Positions 54,630 through 64,000 of a stretch of DNA of 64,000 nucleotides are shown piece after piece (position 1 is the first letter of the stretch; each line of letters opens with the position of its first letter). The stretch is from Pavona decussata. Its lineage: Eukaryota. The position numbers and the translations under genes are program-made. The notes beneath the pieces were generated by a model. That model was not told where the DNA came from. It searched no databases and saw only the letters and a program-made list of their open reading frames with translations. The stretch covers positions 372,001 to 436,000 of the forward strand of contig CDRNST010000282.1 of the NCBI GenBank assembly GCA_977016875.1. The letters run 5' to 3'.

Positions 54630-55935
54630 AATTCCGAATTTCGGACCCCCCTCAACACTTTGTCGAAGAAAACAAATCACTACTATCTAACTTGCAATGG
54701 TTTCCGAATTTCGGACTCCCTTGACTCTTATCCGAGGTAAAACGATCATTACTTTTAGCTTGAGAGGTGTTCCGAATTTCGGACCCCTAAACACTTATCC
54801 GAGGAAAAACGATCGTTACTTTTAGCTTGAGAGGTGTTCCGAATTTCGGACCCCTGAACACTTATCCGAGGAAAAACGATCATTACTTTTAGCTTGAGAG
54901 GTGTTCCGAATTTCGGACCCCCTAAACACTTATCCGAGGAAAAACAATCATTACTTTTAGCTTGAGAGGTGTTCCGAATTTCGGACCCCTAAACACTTAT
55001 CCGAGGAAAAACGATCATTACTTTTAGCTTGAGAGGTGTTCCGAATTTCGGACCCCCCTAAACATTTATCCGAGGAAAAACGATCATTACTTTTAGTTTG
55101 AGAGGTGTTCCGAATTTCGGACCCTCTAAACATTTATCCGAGGAAAAACGATCATTACTATTAGCTTGAGAGGTGTTCCGAATTTCGGACTCCCTAGACA
55201 TTTATCCGAGGAAAAACGATCGTTACTATTAGCTTGAGAGGTGTTCCGAATTTCGGACCCCCTAAAATTTATCCGAGGAAAAACGATCATTACTTTTAAC
55301 TTAAGAGGTGTTCCGAATTTCGGACCCCCTCTACAATTATCCGAGGAAAACGATCATTACTATTAGCTTGAGAGGTGTTCCGAATTTCGGACCCTCTCTA
55401 CAATTATCCGAGGAAAAACGATCATTACTTTTAGCTTGAGAGGTGTTCCGAATTTCGGACTCCCACTACAATTATCCGAGGAAAAACGATCATTACTAGT
55501 AGCTTGAGAGGTGTTCCGAATTTCGGACCCTCTCTACAATTATCCGAGGAAAAACGATCATTACTTTTAGCTTGATAGGTGTTCCGAAGTTCGGACCCTC
55601 TCGATACAATCATCCGATGGAAAACGATCACTTCTATCTAATGAACTCAAAATGTTTTCCGAATTTCGGACCCCCTTAGTCGGGGAAAACTGTAGAGGTT
55701 TTCCGAATTTCGGACTCTCTAAACACTTATCCGTGGAAAACGATCATTGCTATTTAAGTTCACAAGTTTTCCCAATTTCGGACCTTCTCAGCACTTATTA
55801 GAGGGAAAAAGATCACTTCTATCTAATAAACGCAACATGTTTTCCGAATTTCATCCCCCGCCCTCTTAACACTTATTCGAGGAAAAACGATCACTTAGAT
55901 ATCGAATCCGAATTTCGGGTCCTCTCAACACTTGT
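54630..55935. repeat. Tandem array of 20 units (period mostly 67-68 bp) with core palindrome TCCGAA-N-TTCGGA
   Basis: Palindrome starts at 54633, 54703, 54771, 54838, 54905, 54973, 55040, 55109, 55177, 55245, 55312, 55379, 55447, 55515, 55583, 55658, 55702 (17 perfect) and 55770, 55843, 55907 (degenerate). Approximate unit consensus: GAGAGGTGTTCCGAATTTCGGACCCCTAAACACTTATCCGAGGAAAAACGATCATTACTTTTAGCTT. Confidence 0.97.
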
Positions 55936-56289
55936 CCTAGAATTATTTTACTTTACAGTTCGCTGCGGCTGGAGGCAGCTGTATTCTCAATGGTATGCAA
56001 TCACAAGTGCTAGCGATTTTCTCTCCAGCACTCGCGTTGCTGGATAAAGGACGATAACCGCGAATATTCTAGGTACTTAATCATGGTTTCTACAAACTTG
56101 AAAGTGCACAGTCTGTACAAAACGGTGAAAGAAACGCTTTTCATTGCTACTAGCAACTAGTTCTTAACCTATTGAGATATAAAATGAAGTTTATGAAAAA
56201 CTAACAGAAAAATATTTACTACATTAATAATTATTAATGAACGATAAAACATATTGCAGTCAATGAAAACAAACTGAAAATACAGCCTG

Positions 56290-56909
56290 TTACTGGGAGC
56301 CTTCGGACAAAAGAGCTTTCTCTCTCAGATTTGCCACAAATTCACTTTGGTTCGTTTCTCCAGTTTGCCCAATGAAGATGCTGGTCCTCTTCAGCTTCAA
56401 GCCTGCTAGCATCCCATTTCCTAAAAATGATAACACTCTCGTCAAACGAGAACTTACTAACATATATCACAGTAATATGTAAAAACAGTCCAAACTTTCA
56501 TTCCAATTTTCTACTTATCAGTCTGATGAACAGGAAGGCATCCGAAGATCCCCAAATGTACAATTTACACAATATAATTTTTATTGCTGCACATGCATGG
56601 TTGAATGTATACAAAAATACTTAAAGAATCTAAGCGGACAGCATTGCAAAGTATTTTAATTTAAAATGTGTATAAAATGACAAAAACAAAATTTACCAGT
56701 CTCACTTCCAATGTCCAGGAGAAGATCACCCTCTTTTGAAAATGTTTGTATGAGTGTTTCATACAATTCTTGAGGGTAACCTTCTCCTGCCATTTCAACC
56801 TCCACAAGGTTTGTGATTTGTCTAGACACATGTCTTTCCGTCAGCTTCTTGTGGGATAATGCCCAGTGGCCCACAACAAAGCAGTCCACAACCTCAGACA
56901 TCAGTAAGT
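56290..56909 (-). CDS. Last two exons: C-terminal part of a beta-class amino-methyltransferase (motifs X, I and II region)
   Basis: 56909-56697 joined to 56420-56290 gives P.ELYE.LI..FSKEGDLLLDIGSETG...AGLKLKR..IFIG. This matches the N6_N4_Mtase-type pattern 'P..L.ERLI...S.EGDLVLDPF.GSGTT..AA..LGR..IG.E'. Confidence 0.8.
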
Positions 56910-59900
56910 CTGAAAGATATGTAACATGTAGATTAGAACTTGTTACCAAATTAATTATCTTCTCTGGGCACAATACATTTAAAGCCACATGCTTTAGGGA
57001 ATTAGGAAGGTGGCTGCTCAGTTGTGGGGTTTGACTTCCCTTTCCAAGCCCAAATTTGTATTGTTTTTGTTACCTTCATGACACTCATTTATTATAAGTT
57101 ATTAAAATTTGAAGTAAAGCATACATAACAGGTAAAAAAAGTTGTCCAATGGTAGCATGACCCTGACTATAATCAGTAGGGGTTCAATTCAAGTCATGCA
57201 TTAAACGCTTCTGTTTCATGATTACAAATAGAGACATTTACCTTTGGAATTTGATAGAGCTTTTCTCTTTGCTATGAAGCCTGTTTGGATCTGGGCTGCT
57301 CCAGCAGACAGAATCTTCTCCTGTACTTTGTGTACTGACGCAGTAGGACATACAATAACGATGTTGAACATGGTCATAAGCCTTTTAAAATTTATTTGTA
57401 TGGCCATATCAACTGTAGTGCTGATGTCTGCATCTATGTCCTATATCAAAAAAATGATAGACAAGAAAACTCTAGTTTTAGTGTTAATTGTACTATGCAA
57501 ACTGTATACTGTAATACCCACATTGTTACATAGTGCAGCAATGGTCCTCCGTTAATCCTCAAATACAGTAACTGAAAAAATATCTCTGTTCTGTTGGCTA
57601 AGAGAAATGCAGTTTTCAGGACACATGAGGCAGAAATTAAACAGTTATTCGGTGCAGGAAAAAGGAAATACAGTGTAAATAAGAGAAAAAAAAGAGGATT
57701 GTCATTGGTTGATAAAAGAAGGCATTGAAATTGAGCCAATCTAATGCTGTCTCCAAATTGCACAAAGTTCAGGTACATCGATGAGCTGTGAGCGAAAATA
57801 ATGGCCGCTGTTTAGAGCATGCAGGTTTTCTTTCACAACCGCAACCACAACAGCGCTGAAAAACGGCTCTAAATAAAACAAGAACTGCAGTGCGAAAAGT
57901 TCTGCTTTTTGGCTGTCTGTTTGGAGAAAGTGATGTCTTTAAAGAGGAGGTAGTATACCAATTGAATCAAAAATTATGATCCCTTGAACTTTACACTCAA
58001 AATTAATGCTCAGGCCACTTTATGCTGAGATAACAAAAACAAACAAGGCGAAGGTGAACTGGTCAGAAATGCTGAAGGTAATGATAACAACGCCTTTTAT
58101 AGACACTTGAAAAACAAAGAGGCAACTTATAGCTATAGCTTATAACTGCTTAGCTGGTTTTTGCAGCTCAAAAATCGTTAAAAACATGGGCAAAACTTTT
58201 GTTTTGACTGAACGTGTGATGAATAAATTATTTTTGCTAGTGATTCACCTGCCTTGCTTCTGCAAAATTATAAGCTATCTTACAAATTTTCGTGTGTATT
58301 ATTAATAAGCAATCATATGATTTTTCTCGTGTCATTTGGAATAAATAAGCACTTGTAAATTTTGACCACAAATTGCAATCGCCAATTTCTTACTGAAAAA
58401 ATTTACTGTTTATATTGCTTAATATTTAATCCAAATTGCGCTTGAAAACATGTGATTACCTAATATACAAATTGCTTCAAATTGAAATTTATGTCCTTAC
58501 CTCAGAATGCCATCCAACATGTCCAATAGTCAAAAATGCCCCATTTTCAAAGTATGAAGATGAAACATCAACATTTTCATACTTTGAAAAGACAACACGG
58601 CCTTTTGTCTCGCCATCAGATCCATCAATGATGATCTCACCATGTCCCTCGTACGTTGGCTCTCCCTTTTTTTCAAGATGTTTTAGTAACATCTTAAATT
58701 CATGAAGCTTCTCAAAATCACCCTACAGTACAGTGTACAAACAAAAACTGCATTTTTATAGAAATTACCCCACATGTACATGTAACAAAAAGGGGATATT
58801 GTAAAGAATAATGTTAGTGTAAAATTTAAAAAAATTGTCATTGGCTTGATAAACATTCAGGATAACATTACTGCAACCTTTTAAACGTTCTCGCTGGACT
58901 GAGGTCAGACTAGTCTAAGATTTTTGTATTCGTCACAGATTATTTTGAATCATTGTTGTGTGACATGCAGACTGATGTATTTCAGACACACTCACTGACT
59001 CACCGATCATTCAGTAAAAAATGTGATCACATGAACATTTAGCACTGAACTTTATAATATGCTCAGAAATGGTTGTATGTTTTCCCTAGACTAATTGAAT
59101 GTACATGTATTTTGCTGTATAAGGTTCGGTTTTGAAGCCTACTATAAGGTTTGTTTTGAATCTGTATTTAGAATCAAAGTTGAAGAATGACATAAAAATC
59201 TATGACAGTATTGGTTCAGTGTCCAGAATGAGCTGTGCTACTGTAATCTGAGCTGATAATGTCATGTAACCACCCTACAATAGAGGTCAACCACTTCAAT
59301 ATGAGTTTATGCGAACTTGCAAACAATTTACACCAATCAAAGCAAAAGTTTATTACCTGCAGGAATATAAGGCAATTCTCTAATTGCTGCACACAAACTT
59401 GCACCTGATTGAGATATTACTGAAACCCCTGAGCACTGAAATTATGAAATAGCCATAACTTAAGTTAACCTGACTGACTTAATAATTATACCTTAAATTG
59501 CAAAAGCCTTTTCGAGGAAACACTGCCTCCAAACTTTTCCACAGCATCCTGCCAGTTTTCCATATTAAAAAATTTTAAAATGGCCCCTTGCACTTGAGAT
59601 AGAACTTTCACTTCACGAGCTTCTTCCTTCAGTTCTTTTAAACTGATTTTCTTTTCTTTCACCTGCATGAAAAGACATTCACAATATTAAACTGGATCAA
59701 TAAGCTGTATGTGTTTCTTTTAAATAAATATACAGCATACAGGTTTTCTGGCCTTGGGTGCTTACCGTACATTTTAGATAGTGAACCAACCATTTTTTTT
59801 TTGGCAACCCACTTGGTTTTGGGATTAAAATTCGCACCAGAGGTACAAATTTTTTTAAAGTTGACCAACTGAAGGTTTGAGTCACTTGGTCCAGGCCAAG

Positions 59901-62900
59901 TCATGACATCACCTCAGGTACAATGTGTTTTAAGCTATCCATTACAATTGTGCAAATACCCCTCTTTGGCCCCAAGCACATGTATATGGTCAACTCTAAA
60001 TCTGTATTTTAAAATAGCTTTGTCATTGAATATATTCCTATTTTCCTCTTGACAGCTAATAGTTAATATTAAATATGCAACTTTGAACTAGGTCAATCAC
60101 ACTCTTGTCATTAGTTTTAACTATATATTACTAATTTAGCTGGGACATTGATCCTCAAATGATGGTGACATCATGGCATTTTGTCACCAAAAGACAGCTG
60201 GAAAATGCATGGAACTTACAACAGGGTTATTATCTTACAGCAAATTTGAGTTTTCTTGATGTATTACAGAACTTTATTTTACCTTTCTTAACAAAGAAAG
60301 TCTTTGTTCATCACTCAGGTTACTTAAAGGTTTCATGTGCCATTGTTTCATGTTTACAATTCCACGCATAACATCTACGCTGTTCACTTTCTGATCCTTC
60401 AAACCTCCCTTCTCATACAAAGTGTTGATCTCTTCGAATTCTGTCCAGACATCCTTACCAACTCTGGCCATGGCAAAAACTTCACTAAGGGCCTTTTTCT
60501 GCAAATGTACATATATACAGCAAACATGTAACATTACTTTCATTACCATTTTAATGATACCACCATAAAACAGATCAATGTGAAATTGAAATGGTGCATT
60601 ATTATATACTTTTTTGAAAGAGATTTGACTGAGCATACCGGGTATACATTTTATAGCAGACTGTTTGGTAAATACCTTTGCTTCTGTACATGCACATAAA
60701 TTTACCTCTTTGTGTAGTATTAAAGAACAGTCATCCTTCCAAGATGGCCGTGGTTCTGCAGGTGGATCACCTGAAATATTCTCGTGACCAAATAACTGAA
60801 AACGACATCTCTCAACCTGAGGATAATCATAATCATCATTGATAATGCAAGATAATCATAATATCTAGATTTCTTTGCACATTGCTGGCAAGTTGTCCAC
60901 ACAAGTAATATAATATTATTTTAATTTGTCCCTTTCCTTAACTTAGCTTCTCTCTTTTAGCCAAAAATGACAAACAATAACAAGGGAATACATGTACAAG
61001 TAACAGTTTGAAGAAGACAGTAATTTGTTGTAAAATTAAAACGTCAATCAAACATTAATTATATTGACATTTGACTAACCTCCTCCCTGTATGAAATGTC
61101 ATGTTGAAACATAGATGACTGTTGGTGCACGGCACCTAAATAAATTGCCTGTTCATCAGAGAGGCCAACATATACCCTACACATTCTCCCTGAGAAGTGC
61201 TGGTTTTCAGGATTTTTCACATGAAGTTTTTTGGTGGCCAATGACAGATGTGTTCCACCCAGAACTTCATATTGATATGAGTCTTTCTCCTCAGCCTTCC
61301 ACTCGTTCTTATCTGAAATCCCTTTGACTAATACAAAAAGAGACCCATAACTTCCACCTGGGTTTTTTTGCATCTCAACCTCCAGGCTGTCAACAAAGTT
61401 TTCATTCACTCTTCTAAACTGCCTACATTTTGGAGGTAACCCCAAGTTTCCAACAGCAATAAAGTGTGATGTGGCTGTATCAAAACAAAAAGAGCAAACA
61501 AAGCTCAGATTAATTTTTACATGTGTTATTAAGTTAAGAAGCGACTTGCATGATCAGCAGCCCAGGATCAAAGCTTTCAAATCACTAAACCAACAACTGA
61601 CTCCAGTCCGGCAGCTGGACAAGATCTTTGAAAACAATCATGATCATGGCCAGTCTGAAAATCTTCAGTATTTTCTAGTAGGACACACATTACACAGTAA
61701 TGGGTCCAGTCAGATGTAAAATAAAAAACAAAACAAAAAATTTAGAGTTGAATGTTTGCGACAGGAAACTACATGTAATTATGCAGGTTATTGTATAGGA
61801 ACTGAATGAACAAGACATGTTTAGTCAATTTCCTTTCCCATGACATCTAAAACCAGAGAAAAACTGGAAGTCTCAATTTAGCCTGTGTACAGCCCCCCCC
61901 CCCCCCCCCCCTCTTCCTCTCCGAAAAAATAGGGGGCGGTTGTGCATGTACTGACGTTTAATATTATTTCGTTATTCACTGCCATCAATCACTGTGGCAG
62001 ACGTGGTCAGACTCTAGGACGGATTCCCCTTTCTCATTATTCATATTCCCTATCCACAAAACATTTTTGCAGAAGTAAGCATAAACTTTACACCTACCAC
62101 TAACAAGACAGTCATCGCAGGAGCGTTGTAGGTCATCATCTTTGTGCTTTTTTGATGGTTCTGGTACTTCACCCGAAAACATGAGCCGTTTCTTGCCCTT
62201 TTGCAGCTGGTTCGTGGAAACAGGGGTTTCGGCAGTTGTACGCTGACTCGTTGCTGCGGATTCTACTTCCATTTCACCTAATTCTTCAGCTTCTTGCGAC
62301 AGTGTGTCGCCATCATGGAGAATGTCAACATTAATACAGGTATCTTGGCATTCTACATCTTCTTTGGGGGTGGCACGAGTTTCCTTGTCAGCAGCCTTCT
62401 CAGCATTTTGAGCGTACAGTGTTGTGAGTGCGTCTTTTAGCTCTTTGGCCAGTTTTTCAGAATCTCGACTTGAGCAATCGTCAAATGGTGGACTTGATGC
62501 AAAGCGATTAAAGTACTTAGTACAAAGTAATGCCAATTTTGCGCTTTTATCCGTTGATTCACCTTGTTCTAACTTCACCTTTGACAAAAAGAGAAAGAAA
62601 GAAAACCGGGATTAGTTCGGATGCATTCTCGACCAGTTTTTCGTAACAGCGTGAGCAATAACATGCGATCTGGGGCCCGTTTCTCGAAAGTCCCGGTAAC
62701 TTACTGGGCCCGCCAAGTGATTTTGGTAATAATATTTCTTAACAGAAGTCAATTTTTGTTAGCTTTGAACAATAAATTTTAAAATCTTATAATTTTGTGC
62801 TAACATTGGCCAAGTACCATGCCTGTAATCATTGTGTAATCGGCGAAAAAACATTTAAAAATATACTTATCGAGCCCGGTAAGTTACCGGGACTTTCGAG

Positions 62901-62959
62901 AAACGGGCCCCGCAGAACTGATCAGGCGTTCTCATCGCAGGCTAGGTTACGTGAGCCAT
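56290..62959 (-). CDS. Multi-exon gene, about 715 aa: acidic N-terminal region + ParB-like NTD + ParB-type HTH/helical region + C-terminal beta-class (N4C/N6A) DNA methyltransferase-like domain
   Basis: Hand-spliced with GT-AG sites and matching phases, no stops: 62578-62098, 61474-61080, 60816-60706, 60498-60283, 59662-59492, 58722-58501, 57440-57242, 56909-56697, 56420-56290 (TAA 56292-56290). Tentative first exon 62959-62951 (ATG GCT CAC|gtaacc). ParB-like: LGLPPKCRQFRRVNENFVDSLEVEM...YEVLGGTHLSLA...LSDEQAIYLG. MTase-like: YPQELYETLIQTFSKEGDLLLDIGSETGNGMLAGLKLKRTSIFIG. Confidence 0.85.
61080..61474 (-). CDS. Exon encoding the ParB/Srx-like N-terminal domain
   Basis: Acceptor ttttgatacAG, donor GTTAGT. 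The translation follows the ParB NTD pattern: 'R..NENFVDSL..EM', beta strand 'LFVLV', 'YEVLGGTH...A', 'CRVYVGLSDEQA'. Confidence 0.8.
62673..62910. mobile_element. PIF/Harbinger-like MITE in the putative first intron of the ParB-MTase gene
   Basis: Perfect TIR of about 30 bp: GGGCCCGTTTCTCGAAAGTCCCGGTAACTT / AAGTTACCGGGACTTTCGAGAAACGGGCCC. TSD imperfect. Confidence 0.85.
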
Positions 62960-64000
62960 GATCACTTTGTGAGCCCGCGAGAATGACCGCCACTAGCTAC
63001 TACTCACGCGAGACCTCTCGCAACGTCGCAGCCGTTTTTGTGGGATATCACGCAGCGGCGCTCCCGAGACTCTGCTGGCACGCGCTTTTCAAAAGATAAA
63101 TGAAACAAAAATAAAATAGAAAAGACAGGGAACGTTTTGTGGCATAGGGCAATTCGCAAAGTTTCTCGTGTGACGTCTCTTTTTTTGTTGGAGTGGATAA
63201 AACAAACAAACAAAAGAGCAATACATTCGCGCCCTCATTCACCCTAACCGTTTTCAATACAGAACCAGTGCGGATTATATTAACTCAGCATAATTATTGT
63301 CAGAGTCATACTTCAGCGTGCAGATTTTCAAGTGAAGAGACCATAATTTAAGTAGTCACTGAAAACGTACCTTAGTCTATAATATTGGTCTACTGATTTG
63401 GTCTCTCTAGATCTACATGTAGTTATAATTCATTTGGCATTTTACACTGATATTAAAACTCATTTGACTTCTCATGTAATCACTGTGAAACGTAGATAAG
63501 CTAAGATAATTTTTCGTCCAAACTGACTTTGAGAACGAGAAATAGTCACATGTACAGCGAAACGACCGGATACCAAAGCCGAACAACAGTACCTTATGGT
63601 TTTTGAAGTCTGTTTAAAGTGATGTTTTCATTAGCTAGAAGAATTTTATCTATTCGGATTCCTTAGCTAAAATTTTAACGGACCGAAAATGTTAGGGAAT
63701 AAAATTTTCCTTTGAGAAAATGCTAGGTGAAATGAACTTTCTACGACTTTTCTACTCTAGGGAACTATTTTCTTTCCGGAAATGTTAGCTGATGCCTAGT
63801 TTATGCAACATTGCTTTTTTATAACAATATTATACAAAAATGAAGCAGTAGCCACATGCGGTCATAGACTGCCTTTTGTTTGTTAATGACCCAGATCGAT
63901 AAACGTTGTCAGCGATCTAGAGCGAACAATCAACCTCGACCCAGCGTCCTCTCACTTTCCAATATGGTGGCTTGTCGGCCCATCTGCCATGTGTGCATTG

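Larger units (their letters stand above)
54386..64000. mobile_element. Putative large DNA mobile element (left part only) carrying the palindrome array and the ParB-MTase gene
   Basis: The 176-bp repeat consensus ...CTTACTGCTCACATAC|TAAGC is cut at 54386/54387 and continues as (C)AACGCGTTCCAAAC. The array starts about 245 bp inside. No matching right terminus and no transposase were seen in the window. Confidence 0.45.

Noticed and set aside
54630-55935. CRISPR array (palindromic repeat, ~67-bp period)
   Set aside because: The sequences between palindromes are near-identical rather than unique spacers, there are no cas genes, and the context is eukaryotic.
59356-59436. Extra exon in the ParB-MTase gene (AG...GT flanked)
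   Set aside because: It would need an intron of about 55 nt and ends in phase 1, whereas the flanking exons already join in phase 0 (LLQFK|GDFEK).
56290-62959. Bacterial or phage contamination as the source of the ParB-MTase sequence
   Set aside because: The gene has at least eight phase-consistent spliceosomal introns, a host-type MITE lies just upstream of the 62578 exon, and it is contiguous with host repeats.

Overview
AT-rich, intron-rich animal genomic DNA with five N-gaps. The MITE/SINE types and receptor architecture suggest a cnidarian, probably a stony coral (inference). (1) 1-43.5 kb: a head-to-tail tandem array of three minus-strand receptor tyrosine kinase paralogues with a period of about 21.3 kb. 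Architecture: signal peptide - atypical V-set Ig - I-set Ig - SEA-like - I-set Ig - FN3 - TM - FGFR/RET-type kinase. Copies B (8132-24688) and C (28999-43469) splice by hand into open frames of about 930 aa, with the last exon unresolved. Only the 5' end of copy A is in the window, and it is disabled by a deleted signal exon and a TGG->TAG change. (2) 44-54.4 kb: decayed local duplications, a 176-bp tandem repeat and an Ig pseudo-exon. (3) 54.4-64 kb, the most unusual part: sequence that abruptly interrupts the 176-bp repeat, then a 20-unit, 67-68-bp array built on the palindrome TCCGAA-N-TTCGGA. About 350 bp from the array lies the stop codon of a spliced, apparently intact minus-strand gene (about 715 aa, 9-10 exons). 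It encodes a bacterial/phage-type ParB protein (NTD + HTH) fused to a beta-class N4C/N6A DNA-methyltransferase fold with degenerate catalytic motifs. This looks like a ParB/parS-like module, probably inside a large mobile element that continues beyond the window. All gene models and identity estimates were made by eye; no database searches were run.
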